From Longimicrobiales bacterium (GTDB lineage: Bacteria > Gemmatimonadota > Gemmatimonadetes > Longimicrobiales > Gaopeijiaceae), in NCBI GenBank assembly GCA_965197725.1, contig CBDANQ010000060.1, positions 1 to 64,000 on the forward strand: a DNA stretch of 64,000 nucleotides, read 5' to 3'. Position numbers and translations under genes: made by a program. Shown here in pieces: positions 41,067 to 51,574 of this stretch. Each line of letters begins with the position of its first letter. The first letter of the stretch is position 1. The notes beneath the pieces are model-generated. The model was given only the letters and a program-made list of their open reading frames with translations, made no database searches and was not told the origin of the DNA.

Positions 41067-41350
41067 CTAGTTGGTCTCCGCGTCCGCCACCGCCATTGCC
41101 GCCAGCCGATCTCCGACCCGCTCCATGTGGTCCTCCACGCGAAACTCCACGACCTCGGTGGCGCCCTCTTCCACTCGGTCGTGCAGGTGTGCGTAGCGGT
41201 CCTCGAGCATGTCCGTCGAAGCGTGTCCCAGCTCCCGCGCGACGGTGTATAGCGCCACGGGGCGCCCGCGGTCGCAAGTCTGCACGCGGGCCGCGGCGTA
41301 CGTGTGTCGGAGCATGTGCAGCCGGACATGGCCGCTGGGGAAGCCTGGGA
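41067..41350 (-). pseudogene. Tyrosine integrase C-terminal remnant
   Basis: HMLRHTY...VARELGHASTDMLEDRYAHL (box II H-x-x-R, LGH, catalytic Y), pointing toward the tRNA; N-terminal part absent. Confidence 0.85.
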
Positions 41351-41571
41351 TATCGTTGTACCCGCTCCCGGAACGGGTCGTGATACTGTTTGGGCTGAGG
41401 GTGTGTGGCCTATACTGCTGCAACCCCCCACGGATGTGGAATCGCCTGGGAGGTCGCAAGCCCCCCCTTGCCTCTCTGCCGGGAAGCGAGTATTCCGGAT
41501 CTCGGTGTGCCGGTCTTCCTCCGAGGACGAGGACGGCGGCCACCGTTCAGCCCGCAGCCGAAGGAGGCTCC

Positions 41572-43080
41572 ATGCACGTGCCCACGACGATCGTCGCGCT
41601 CCTCGCCCTCGGGCCCGCGGCGGCCGCATCCGCCCAAATCACGAACCCCGTCCTCGAACCCATCGAGAAGCGCGGCCTGATGATCGAGATCCGCGACGTC
41701 GCCCGTCTGCCGCAAACACGTGGGATGCGTCCGCCCGAGGAGGACGTGAATCCGGCGGGCTGGGCGCGCGTGAGCTTCGTGCGCGAGCGCCCCAACGGCC
41801 TGCTGTTCGCGAACGACTCGCGCGGATTCCTCTACATCCTGGACGGGAGCGATCCGCCCACGCTCTACCTGAACCTCGCCGAGCTCTTCCCCTTCGCCGC
41901 GTACAACCGGCTCGAGAGCGGGTTCATCGGCTTCGACTTCCACCCCGAGTTCGCGCGCAACGGGCTGTTCTACACGGTGCACGGGGAGCGCGCGCAGGGC
42001 AATCCGGCCACTCCCGACTTCATTCCACCCGGTTACGGTCCGGCCGACGTGACGTACCACAACGTGATCACGGAGTGGCGGGCGACTAACCCGGCGGCGA
42101 ACGCCTTTGAGGGCACCCGGCGAGAGTTGCTCCGTGTCGCTCACGTGGTGAACAGCCTCACGCACCCCATGGGGAACGTGGAGTTCAATCCGACGTCGCG
42201 GCCGGGCGATCCCGACTACGGTCTGCTCTACACGAGCGGCAGCGACTTGGGCTTCAGCAACGGCCGCGGGCCGAACGCAAACAACCCCGGCCAAACGGGG
42301 CGGCTCGATTCAGTGATCGGCGCCATCCTGCGCTTCGATCCGCGCAGCCCCTCGGAGACTGGCGGGACCAAGGGGCTCGGCGACTACACTGTCCCGGCCA
42401 TCAACAGGTTCGCGGCCGACGGCGATCCCAACACGCTCGGCGAGATCTACGCGTATGGCTTCCGGAACGCGCATCGGCTTTCCTGGGACCTGACCGACGG
42501 GACCATGTTCGCGTCCGACATCGGCATGACCCACGTGGAGGAGATCAACATCGTCAATGAGGGCGAGAACTACGGCTGGATGCGCCGCGAGGGCTTCTTC
42601 GAGAACGGAATCGTTCGACCGGGGGGAGCGCTGAATCAGCTGCATCCGCTTCCGGAAGCGGTGCTCACCGGACGCGAGAAGGACAGCTTCGCGTATCCGG
42701 TGGTGATCTACGACCACGACGAGGGCCAGGCGGTCACGAACGGATTCGCGTATCACGGCCGCATCGAGGCGCTGGGTGGGAAGTTCATCTTCGGAGACCT
42801 CGTACGGGGTCGACTCTTCGCGGCCGACCTCGACGCGGTTAAGGCGGCGGACGACGGCATCCCTCGGACCGTCGCGCCGGTCGAGGAGATCCAGCTCTAC
42901 ACGCGCAACTCGCACGGCGAGCGAGTCTATGTCACCTTCCGGGAGCTCGTCGAGCGGGCGAACGGGGCTACGGCCACCCGCGCGGACCTGCACCTGAGCC
43001 GGAGCCGCGACGGCGAAATCTTCCTGACGTCTCGCCAGGACGGGATGATACGCATGCTCGTGCCGGACGCGGCGCGGTAG
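41572..43080 (+). CDS. PQQ-dependent sugar dehydrogenase family (GSDH-like beta-propeller)
   Basis: GGAGG RBS, signal peptide, FHPEF..NG.FY, EIYAYGFRN, EEIN...G.NYGW. Confidence 0.85.
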   Translation: MHVPTTIVALLALGPAAAASAQITNPVLEPIEKRGLMIEIRDVARLPQTRGMRPPEEDVNPAGWARVSFVRERPNGLLFANDSRGFLYILDGSDPPTLYLNLAELFPFAAYNRLESGFIGFDFHPEFARNGLFYTVHGERAQGNPATPDFIPPGYGPADVTYHNVITEWRATNPAANAFEGTRRELLRVAHVVNSLTHPMGNVEFNPTSRPGDPDYGLLYTSGSDLGFSNGRGPNANNPGQTGRLDSVIGAILRFDPRSPSETGGTKGLGDYTVPAINRFAADGDPNTLGEIYAYGFRNAHRLSWDLTDGTMFASDIGMTHVEEINIVNEGENYGWMRREGFFENGIVRPGGALNQLHPLPEAVLTGREKDSFAYPVVIYDHDEGQAVTNGFAYHGRIEALGGKFIFGDLVRGRLFAADLDAVKAADDGIPRTVAPVEEIQLYTRNSHGERVYVTFRELVERANGATATRADLHLSRSRDGEIFLTSRQDGMIRMLVPDAAR

Positions 43081-43186
43081 CTCGGCCGGGGGCGGTCGAC
43101 CTCGGCGAGGCGCGCCGCGCATCAGCTGCCTCACCGATCACGCGGATCATCGGGGCTCCGCGACCCGCCTTCTGCGATTCGGGTGC

Positions 43187-43498
43187 TCAGCTCTTCGAAC
43201 CACCGCGTGACGAGGGTGAGCGTGCCGTCGCCGAGCTCTGGCGCCCCGGTTGAATCGTTCGAAGGTCAATATCGCGGCTTGGCGCAGGGTCGGTTAGGAG
43301 CGTCTGGCTCGTGAATCCCGCGAAGGTCGGCTCGTTCTCCTCCGTACCGTAGAAATTCACCGCGCTGAGTTCCTCCCAAAACGCCATGGAAAGCCGTTTC
43401 CCCGTCAGCGCTCTGGTCCACCTCCCGGTGATCCACTGGAGAGCCAGTGCGATCAAGGCCCCCATGAGCGCCGAAACCACCTGCGGAAGTTCGAGCAT
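43187..43498 (-). CDS. Hypothetical membrane protein, possibly truncated
   Basis: ATG-initiated ORF with an N-terminal TM helix; C-terminus looks non-native. Confidence 0.4.
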   Translation of the reverse strand: MLELPQVVSALMGALIALALQWITGRWTRALTGKRLSMAFWEELSAVNFYGTEENEPTFAGFTSQTLLTDPAPSRDIDLRTIQPGRQSSATARSPSSRGGSKS

Positions 43499-43512
43499 CA
43501 GTTGTGTCGTCT

Positions 43513-43593
43513 GGCCATCCCGCCTTCACCGAGTTCTCGCTCAATGCGGTAGCGGCCTTCTAGGGCTGCGTTCCGGCGGGTGATGGCGGACAT
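43513..43593 (-). pseudogene. N-terminal 27 codons of a Ser/Thr protein kinase
   Basis: MSAITRRNAALEGRYRIERELGEGGMA stops within the Gly-rich loop. Confidence 0.75.
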
Positions 43594-43714
43594 GCGAGCA
43601 AGATGGGAGTGCAGCCCTAACCCAGCGAGGCTACTTTTCTCCCGGGTGAGGGGACACGCACCCGGGGTGCGTGGGGAAGGGATTTCTCTAACTGCCGACG
43701 GCAGCGAGACGCTC

Positions 43715-45580
43715 ATGAATTGGCACCGGTTCCGACCAGTCGTCCTCATCGCTTTCCAGATCGTTTTTTTGGGACGACACCCGCTCTCTGCGCAGGCGCT
43801 CGAGTCGATTATCGCAAATGACAATAGAGTGCCGGCCGGGGAGTTGCGAGACGGTGTCCTGAGCTTGCAGCTCGAGTTACGCAGGGGCATTTGGCACCCG
43901 GAAGGTGAGGACGGTGAGGCCATTCCAGTCTACGCGTTCGGCGAAGTGGGAAAGCCGCTTCAGATTCCGGGTCCGCTCGTCCGCGTGCCGCAGGGAACCG
44001 TCATCGAAATCTCGGTGCACAACACACTCGGAGTCGAGGCGGTTTTATTCGGATTGCACCAGCGCCCTGGCGATGCCGAGGAGGTAGTGACCATCGAGGA
44101 TGACGCGCAGCACGTAGCGAGTTTCTTGTCGGGCACCCCGGGCACCTATCTGTATTGGGGCCGGACGCCCGACGGAGGACGTGGTGACCGTCGGGTCAAG
44201 GACTCCCTACTCGGGGGGGCGCTTGTGGTCGATGCGCCAGGTGCCCCCACGGACGATCGAATCTTCGTGGTAGAGCGCTGGAACGGACCGACGCGCACGG
44301 CCATCAATGGGAAGTCGTGGCCGTTCACGGAGCGGCTTACGTACGAGGCCGGCGAACCCGTCCACTGGCGCGTGGTCAACGCGTCGGACCTCAGCCACCC
44401 GATGCATCTACACGGATTGCACTTCAACGTCGATGGGGTAGGGGACGGGGAGAGTTACCGCAGGTACGCCGATGAAGAGCGCCCACTGGTGTTCACTCAG
44501 AATGTGGAGATCGGCGAGACATTCGACATGACCTGGGTGCCCCACGAGCCGGGCGGATGGTTGTTCCATTGCCACCGACTGCCCCACATGAGACTTCCGA
44601 TCGATCTGGACCCCGCTGACGTGATGGTCGCGGACGACCACGAAGAAGCGGAGGGTGACCCGTTGTACGCGGGGATGGGCGGGATGATTTTACACATCAC
44701 GGTGACCGGGCCTCATCTCGAGACACCTGAAGAGGTATGGCGGTCGGCGCGCAAGCTGGAACTCGAGGTGGCGACACGAGACGGGGACTCGCGTTTCTAT
44801 AAGCTCACGTTGCGGGAGCCGGCTCTCGCCTCCTCGATACCGGAGGGGGTGGCGGGGCCAGCGCTGTCTGGCCCGCTGATCGTACTCGAGCAAGGCGAGC
44901 CCGTTGAGATAGCGGTGGTCAACCACCTCGATGCCGCGACCGCTATCCACTGGCACGGCATGGAGCTAGAGAGCTACTACGACGGAGTCCCCATCCTATC
45001 GGGGATCGGCAATAAACGGGCGCCGCCGGTGGAGCCGGGGCAGACGTTCGTAGCCCGGATGACACCACCCCGCGCGGGAACGTTCATGTACCACACGCAT
45101 TGGCACGACGCCCGGCAGCTCACGGGCGGAGTCCATGGCCGGTTGATCGTGATGCCACAGGGAGCGACGTACGATCCCGCCACAGACAAGACGTTCCTGT
45201 TCACCCAGAGTCCTGGCGATCCGTTCGGAGCCGCGATGCTGCTAGTGAACGGTGTCCCCCAGCCACCGGTGATGCAGCTCACGATCGGGACGAAGTACCG
45301 CTTCCGGTTCATGAACGTAACGCCTTCCGTGGCGAACCTCCGTGTGTCCCTGAGGCAGGCCGGCGTTCCGGTAGAGTGGCGTGCGGTAGCCAAGGACGCA
45401 GTCGACCTCCCTGCATCTCAAGCCACGATGAGGCGAGCGGATCTGCAGATTTCCGTCGGTGAGACGTATGACTTTGAGTTCGAGGCAACGGCACCAGGGG
45501 AGCTAACGCTTGAGGGTGTGCAGCCCAACGATAAACGGCGCGTGGTGCAGACGTTGGTGTTCACGGGCTCACCTGGGTAG
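43715..45580 (+). CDS. Multicopper oxidase family protein with unusual domain order
   Basis: HPMHLHG and WLFHCHRLPH precede AIHWHG and FMYHTH; signal-like N-terminus. Confidence 0.88.
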   Translation: MNWHRFRPVVLIAFQIVFLGRHPLSAQALESIIANDNRVPAGELRDGVLSLQLELRRGIWHPEGEDGEAIPVYAFGEVGKPLQIPGPLVRVPQGTVIEISVHNTLGVEAVLFGLHQRPGDAEEVVTIEDDAQHVASFLSGTPGTYLYWGRTPDGGRGDRRVKDSLLGGALVVDAPGAPTDDRIFVVERWNGPTRTAINGKSWPFTERLTYEAGEPVHWRVVNASDLSHPMHLHGLHFNVDGVGDGESYRRYADEERPLVFTQNVEIGETFDMTWVPHEPGGWLFHCHRLPHMRLPIDLDPADVMVADDHEEAEGDPLYAGMGGMILHITVTGPHLETPEEVWRSARKLELEVATRDGDSRFYKLTLREPALASSIPEGVAGPALSGPLIVLEQGEPVEIAVVNHLDAATAIHWHGMELESYYDGVPILSGIGNKRAPPVEPGQTFVARMTPPRAGTFMYHTHWHDARQLTGGVHGRLIVMPQGATYDPATDKTFLFTQSPGDPFGAAMLLVNGVPQPPVMQLTIGTKYRFRFMNVTPSVANLRVSLRQAGVPVEWRAVAKDAVDLPASQATMRRADLQISVGETYDFEFEATAPGELTLEGVQPNDKRRVVQTLVFTGSPG

Positions 45581-45648
45581 AGACCGACCCCACGGCGCCA
45601 CGAGCGTAGGGGTGCGTAACCCGAGGACCCAGTTAGCTTCACGACCCA

Positions 45649-45727
45649 CGCCGATGCCGCGGCTGTCGCCGCCGACGCTGCCGGTATTGCCGCCGATGCC
45701 GTGGCTGTCGCCGCCGACGCTGCTGGT
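45649..45727. repeat. 42-bp near-perfect tandem repeat between convergent genes
   Basis: CGCCGATGCCGYGGCTGTCGCCGCCGACGCTGCYGGT at 45649 and 45691. Confidence 0.8.
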
Positions 45728-45752
45728 TGTCCCTGCTGCCGGCGCCTACTAC

Positions 45753-47107
45753 TTATTGCTGCTGGTCGGTGTCCATCCAACCGGTGTGACCGCTCGGCGC
45801 CCGAACGTACAGATAGCCCTCGTAGCGACCGAGCACTGGGACCTGCTCGCCGGGGTCGAGCCGGACGATCACGAGCGCATCGTCGTTGGGCTCGAGCAAC
45901 ACCGCTTCTCCCGCCGCCGAGACCTGCGAGCTGAGCGGCGGGTCGACCGGTTCTGTGAGTCGCGCCGCTACGTAGCCATAGATTCCATCCGGGGATCGCA
46001 CGCGGAAGTACTCACCGGAGCCGCCGAGTATACGCAGGGGCGTGTATTGGCCGAGCTCTCGGATTATGGCGCCGTGACGTCCGGGCGTCGCACGCAGTCG
46101 AATCCCGTCGTTGACCAGGCGCACCCATTCGCCGAGCTGATCGAGGGCCGCGGTCTGCTCCGCGAGCGTGCCGCGCGGCGGATTCAGGAAGGGGAAGGGA
46201 TCCACGGCGCCTCGGCGGTCAAGGCCGAAGTGAAGGTGGGGTGGCGTGGTGCGCGCGTTGCCGGTATTGCCGACGAACCCCACCGTGTCGCCGATCTGGA
46301 CTTCGTCTCCGGTACGCACGTGCTGACTGTCGAGGTGCGCGTAGTAGATGTTCGCGTTGCGAACGGGGTCCCTCACCCACACGACCTTGCCGCCCAGATT
46401 CGTGATCCCGACTCGGTTGACCCGGCCGGCGGATGCCGCCAGCACCGGCGTTCCGCGACGCGCGAAGATGTCCACGCCGGCGTGGCTGCGACGGCCACCG
46501 TCCCGCTTGACGCCGAAGATGCTCTGCACGCCCCGCATGCCGTACCCTTCCACAGGGAACGCCAGCTGCGCTTCCACCGTGAGCGTCACACCGTACGTGC
46601 CGCCCCGCAGCAGTTCGGGTTGCAGCCGGAGCACGTACTCGCCACCTCTCCACGGCTCGACGACGAAACTGCCCGGCACCGAATCGCTCGAGAGCACGGG
46701 CCTAAGGGGGTCGTCCTCGTCCGCGGGCACTCGGAAGAGATCGATGAAGACGCGCGTTTGCTCGCTGGAGTTGAGCGTCACTTCGGCCGTGAGCCGCTGA
46801 CCACGTGCGATCGAGACGCGATACGCCATCGCACCGGGATCCTCCGCACTGATGAGATGAATCCCTCTTCGTGGAACGGAAGCGACACCGAAGCTGGAGA
46901 CTCGACGGCCTCGCGACCCGCCGTGATCCAATCGCGCCCCAGAGCGGTCTCGACGAGGCCGGCGTCCGCCAACGACGCCTCGTAGGCTTCGTACGGCGTC
47001 ATGTCCCGGAAGCGGTCCTGAACCCGCTCGACCTCCTCGCACGCCGTCAGGGCAGCCAACGCCACCACGGCGATGGCCCATTCCCACCGTTTTGCACCCC
47101 TCGTCAT
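45753..47107 (-). pseudogene. M23 peptidase lipoprotein with SH3 domains, frameshifted
   Basis: Lipobox LTAC, HAGVD, YYAHL, PHLHF. A 5-bp duplication (GATGAGATGA, 46851-46860) shifts the frame after EEGFI. Confidence 0.85.
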
Positions 47108-47307
47108 GTCCCTCGTACCGCCCGTGTCCTGTGAGAATCCATCCACATGCAATCCTTGTGTAGGCGTATTCACTCCTTCGAGTCCCTCCTCGAAGCTGAC
47201 CTTCTCCTGCTGCATCGGTCAAGCGGATAAATTGTAGCGGACACGGCTCCCGGTTAGTATTTCGGCCCACTCCCGGGCACTTCTTCAACAGCCTTCTAGT
47301 ATCGACC

Positions 47308-48579
47308 ATGGTACGAATCGCCGAAATCGAAGCTGGCAGCATCGCCGACGAGCTCAGTCTCGAGATCGGCACACGGATCGTGCGTATCAACGGCGAACCG
47401 GTCCGCGACGGCATCGATCTGACGTTCCTGCTCGCGGACACTGACCTCGAGCTCGAGACCGTCTGTCCGGACGGGGAGGTGGTGCAGTACGAGATCGAGC
47501 GCGAGCCGGGCACGCCGATGGGGATCGTGCCGGCTCCGGACACGATCCGGGAGTGCGCGAACGAGTGCGTGTTCTGCTTCATCGACGGGAACCCGGAGGA
47601 CGCCCGTCCGACGCTCTGGCTGCGTGACGACGACTTCCGGCTCTCGTTCACCTACGGCAGCTACGTCACGCTGACCAACCTCGGGCCGAAGGGCCTGCAG
47701 CGACTCATCGATCAGCGTATCTCGCCGCTCTACGTGAGCGTGCACGCGACGGAGCCGGAGGTGCGAGAGCGGCTGCTGGTCAACCACAGAGCCGGCCTGA
47801 TCATGAGCCAGCTGCGTGAATTGATCGGGGGAGGGCTCGAAGTCCACACGCAGATCGTGCTTTGTCCCGAGTGGAACGACGGACCCCATCTCGACCGCAC
47901 GATCGAGGATCTGTGGAGCCTGGGGCCGTCCGTCCGTTCGCTCTCCGTCGTACCGGTCGGGCTCACGCGGTACAACGTCAACCGACCCGTGCGCCCACTC
48001 ATGCCGTCAGAGGCAGGGGCGGCGATCGACCGAGTCGATCACGCGCGCGAGCTCGGTCTCGCGGAACGGGACCTCGGATGGTGCTACGCGGCCGACGAGA
48101 TGTACCTCATCGCGGGCCGGCCCGTGCCGGACGCAGCGTACTATGACGATGGTGCGCTGTACGAGAACGGGGTCGGAGCGATCCGCCGCTTCGTCGATGG
48201 CTTCGACGCGGGGCTCGCGACCGTGCCGCGCTTCGAAGGGCGGCGCGTCCGTCTCGTGACGGGGCTCTCGATGTCGCCGTATTTGCGGGAACGTAGCGAC
48301 CGCCTCGCGGCTGCTACGGGTGCCGACGTCGAGGTCGTCGAGGTCCGGAACAAGTACTTTGGCGAGTCGGTTACCATCGCCGGACTGCTCGGCGGGCGGG
48401 ATATCTTGGAAGCCCTCGGCGACTCACGGGACGGAGACGTCATCGTGCTGCCGGCAGAGGCGCTCAGCGCGGAAGATGCCTTCATCGACGATCTTGCGCA
48501 GTCCGAGCTCGTGGCGGCGCTCGCTCCTGCCCAGATCCGCACCGGGTACGAGATCACTGAAGCGCTGAGGGTCGCTTGA
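47308..48579 (+). CDS. DUF512 PDZ/radical-SAM-like protein
   Basis: PDZ-like N-terminus, CANECVFCF, DDDFRLSF.YG.YVTLTN, ENGVG; typical upstream neighbour of der. Confidence 0.88.
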   Translation: MVRIAEIEAGSIADELSLEIGTRIVRINGEPVRDGIDLTFLLADTDLELETVCPDGEVVQYEIEREPGTPMGIVPAPDTIRECANECVFCFIDGNPEDARPTLWLRDDDFRLSFTYGSYVTLTNLGPKGLQRLIDQRISPLYVSVHATEPEVRERLLVNHRAGLIMSQLRELIGGGLEVHTQIVLCPEWNDGPHLDRTIEDLWSLGPSVRSLSVVPVGLTRYNVNRPVRPLMPSEAGAAIDRVDHARELGLAERDLGWCYAADEMYLIAGRPVPDAAYYDDGALYENGVGAIRRFVDGFDAGLATVPRFEGRRVRLVTGLSMSPYLRERSDRLAAATGADVEVVEVRNKYFGESVTIAGLLGGRDILEALGDSRDGDVIVLPAEALSAEDAFIDDLAQSELVAALAPAQIRTGYEITEALRVA

Positions 48580-49904
48580 ACCGGCGGCTTCCCGTCATCG
48601 CGATCGTCGGGCGGCCGAACGTCGGGAAGTCGACGTTCTTCAACCGAGTGATCGGCTCCCGCGTCGCGATCGTCGATGACCGTCCGGGAGTCACTCGGGA
48701 CCGCAACTTCGCCGCGACGGACTGGGCCGGGCATCACTTCTTCATCGTCGATACCGGCGGCGTCATCGAGGGTAGCCACGAGCCACTCGACCGGGCGATC
48801 CGGCATCAGGCGTTCGCGGCGGTCCAAGAGGCCGACCTGATCCTGTTCCTCGTCGATGGCAAGGAGGGTGTGCACCCGCTCGACGAGGCCCTCGCCGAAG
48901 TGCTGAGGAAGACGGCGAAGCCGGTCCTCCTGGTAGCGAACAAGATCGACAACCTGCCGCACGATCAGAGTCACCTCGACTTTTGGTCGCTCGGCATCGG
49001 AGAGCCGATCGCGGTGAGCGCACTTTCCGGCAAGGGTTCGGGTGATCTGCTCGATCAGGTGCTCGAGGCTCTACCCGAGGCGCTCGAAGCCGAAGACGGA
49101 GACGACACCGTCCGCGTTGCGGTTGTCGGAAAACCCAACGTCGGCAAGTCGAGCTTCGTGAACCGGCTCATCGGTGAGGACCGAGTCGTCGTGTCGGAGG
49201 TTGCCGGCACGACCCGGGACCCGATCGATACCCCCTTCCGCTACCACGGAAAGACGCTGGTCTTCATCGATACGGCCGGGCTGCGCAGGCACACGAAGGT
49301 CAAGGACAGCCTCGAGTACTACAGCGCTCTCCGGACCGAACGGGCCGTATACGAGGCCGACGTATGCGTGGTGCTGATCGACTGCAGTGAGGAGGAGTTG
49401 CACGCCCAGGACGTGAAGATTCTCCAGACCGCTTGGGAGGCCGGCAAGGCGGTGATCTTGCTCGCGAACAAGTGGGATCTTGTCGAGAAGGACACGATGA
49501 CCGCGCCGGACTTCCAGAAGACCATGCGGCAACACATTCCGTTCCTGCAGTGGGTACCGATGGTCTTCACGTCCGCGCTCACCGGCCAACGCGTTCGGAA
49601 ATGCCTCAATCTGATCCTGGAGGTGTTCGAAGAGCGCCGTCGCCGGATCGAGACGCACGAGGTCAACGCCATCATGGAGGCGTTGCTCCGTCGTCAGCCA
49701 CCGCCGCTCCATAGAGGTCGCCGCGTGCAGGTGAAGTACGCGACCCAGATCACCGTGGCTCCCCCGACGTTCGCCATCTTCTCGAATTTCCCGAAGGCGC
49801 TGCCCGCGAGCTACGTTCGCTTCCTCCACAACGGCTTTCGGGATGCCTGGACCTTCATGGGCACCCCGATCCGCCTTCGTTTCCGGAGCGGCAAAGACAA
49901 GTGA
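48576..49904 (+). CDS. der: Ribosome biogenesis GTPase Der
   Basis: Two G domains (GRPNVGKS, GKPNVGKS) and a KH-like C-terminus. Confidence 0.97.
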   Translation: MNRRLPVIAIVGRPNVGKSTFFNRVIGSRVAIVDDRPGVTRDRNFAATDWAGHHFFIVDTGGVIEGSHEPLDRAIRHQAFAAVQEADLILFLVDGKEGVHPLDEALAEVLRKTAKPVLLVANKIDNLPHDQSHLDFWSLGIGEPIAVSALSGKGSGDLLDQVLEALPEALEAEDGDDTVRVAVVGKPNVGKSSFVNRLIGEDRVVVSEVAGTTRDPIDTPFRYHGKTLVFIDTAGLRRHTKVKDSLEYYSALRTERAVYEADVCVVLIDCSEEELHAQDVKILQTAWEAGKAVILLANKWDLVEKDTMTAPDFQKTMRQHIPFLQWVPMVFTSALTGQRVRKCLNLILEVFEERRRRIETHEVNAIMEALLRRQPPPLHRGRRVQVKYATQITVAPPTFAIFSNFPKALPASYVRFLHNGFRDAWTFMGTPIRLRFRSGKDK

Positions 49905-50548
49905 CCTACGCTCTGCTCGCACTTTCCTACCTGCTCGGCGCGACGCCGACGAGCTACTGGATGGGAAGAGCGTTCCACGGGCTTGATCTCCGCGGGCACG
50001 GATCCGGCAACCTGGGCGCGACCAACGTTTTCAGGATCTTAGGTCCGAAGTGGGCTTTGCCGGTCGTTGCTCTCGATGTCACGAAAGGTTTCGTCCCAGT
50101 CTGGTTCTTCCCGAGCATGGTGGATGGGGGCCTGGGATGGACGCTCGCGTTCGGGGGCGCGGCGATCGTTGGGCACATCTACTCCCTGTGGGTCGGTTTC
50201 AAGGGCGGGAAGGGGATTGCCACCAGCGCCGGAGTCTTCCTCGCCCTGGCGCCTTGGGCGGTGCTCGGCGCTTTCGTCGTTTGGCTCGTCCTGACGTTGT
50301 CTACCGGGTATGTCTCGCTCGGCTCCATGGGTGCCGCGGCCACGCTGCCGGTGTTCGTGGCGCTGACGCCTCACCGGGGCGACACCGCGCTGATCTGGTT
50401 CGCCGTGATGCTCGCGTTCTTCGTCTTATGGGCCCACCGCGCGAACGTGCTACGGCTGCTACGGGGGACCGAGAGCCGATTCGGGAAGTCCCAGGTGGAC
50501 GACGCCAACAAGACCGACGGCGCTGATCCTGCCGAGGCGGCGCCATGA
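49901..50548 (+). CDS. plsY: Glycerol-3-phosphate acyltransferase PlsY
   Basis: GSGNLGATN, FKGGKGIAT, HRAN..RL..GTE. Confidence 0.95.
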   Translation: MTYALLALSYLLGATPTSYWMGRAFHGLDLRGHGSGNLGATNVFRILGPKWALPVVALDVTKGFVPVWFFPSMVDGGLGWTLAFGGAAIVGHIYSLWVGFKGGKGIATSAGVFLALAPWAVLGAFVVWLVLTLSTGYVSLGSMGAAATLPVFVALTPHRGDTALIWFAVMLAFFVLWAHRANVLRLLRGTESRFGKSQVDDANKTDGADPAEAAP

Positions 50549-51558
50549 GCGATTCGCTCCCGATCACCGTGGTGGGTGCCGGTGCCTGGGGCACGGCGCT
50601 CTCGGCGCTGCTCGCCAGGAAGGGGCACGCAGTCACGATTTGGTCCTACGAGCCCGAGATCGCCGAGTCGATCAACCAGCGTCGCCTCAACCCGTATCTG
50701 TCCGATGTCTCGCTGCCCGAGGGACTGTGCGCCGAAACGGAGCTGGCCCGCGCGGTCCGAGGCGCGGACGTGGTGCTCTCGGCGAGCCCGTCCCAATTCG
50801 TGCGAGCGGTCATGGCCGAGGCGGCGGGGAGCCTAGCTCCCGGCGCATTGATCGTGAGCGCCTCCAAGGGCATCGAGCTCGGCTCACTTCTGTGTATGGA
50901 CAAGGTGCTCGATGGTGTGCTCTCACGGGCGCACATGCAGCGGTTTTGCGCGCTCTCCGGCCCCAGCTTCGCGCGCGAGGTCGCCGCCGGATCGCCGACA
51001 GCGGTCGTCGTCGCGGGCCGCACGGAGGAAGCCGCGGAGCAGGCGCAGGACATTTTCCAGACCCCGTACTTCCGCGTGTACACGAACACCGACGTCGTGG
51101 GGGTCGAACTCGGCGGCGCGCTCAAGAACGTCATGGCGCTTGCGGCCGGGATATCCGTCGGTCTCGGATACGGCCACAACACGATGGCCGGGCTCATCAC
51201 GCGGGGGCTCGCGGAAATGACGCGGCTCGGGGTCGCGATGGGCGCTGAGACAGCTACTTTCTCGGGGCTGGCCGGTATGGGCGACCTCGTGCTCACATGT
51301 ACGGGATCGCTGAGCCGGAACCGGACGGTCGGCTATCAGTTGGGGCAGGGAGAGTCTCTCGATGAGATCCTGGCGGAGATGACCGCGGTGGCCGAGGGCG
51401 TGAAGACCGCAGCAGCGGTGCACGAGCTCGCTGCCCGGCTCGGCGTCGAGATGCCGATCGTGGAGCAGGTGTATCACATCGTGCAGGAAAAGCAACGTCC
51501 CGCGGACGCCCTGAAGGAACTCATGCTGCGCGATCCGAAGCCGGAAGACTGGAAATGA
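50545..51558 (+). CDS. gpsA: NAD(P)H-dependent glycerol-3-phosphate dehydrogenase
   Basis: GAGAWGTAL, SKGIE, GGALKNV, GDLVLTC...SRN. Confidence 0.96.
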   Translation: MSDSLPITVVGAGAWGTALSALLARKGHAVTIWSYEPEIAESINQRRLNPYLSDVSLPEGLCAETELARAVRGADVVLSASPSQFVRAVMAEAAGSLAPGALIVSASKGIELGSLLCMDKVLDGVLSRAHMQRFCALSGPSFAREVAAGSPTAVVVAGRTEEAAEQAQDIFQTPYFRVYTNTDVVGVELGGALKNVMALAAGISVGLGYGHNTMAGLITRGLAEMTRLGVAMGAETATFSGLAGMGDLVLTCTGSLSRNRTVGYQLGQGESLDEILAEMTAVAEGVKTAAAVHELAARLGVEMPIVEQVYHIVQEKQRPADALKELMLRDPKPEDWK

Positions 51559-51574
51559 GCGAACGGGAGCGGTG

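Noticed and set aside
45649..45727. CRISPR array
   Set aside because: Only two adjacent units, no unique spacers and no cas genes in the window.
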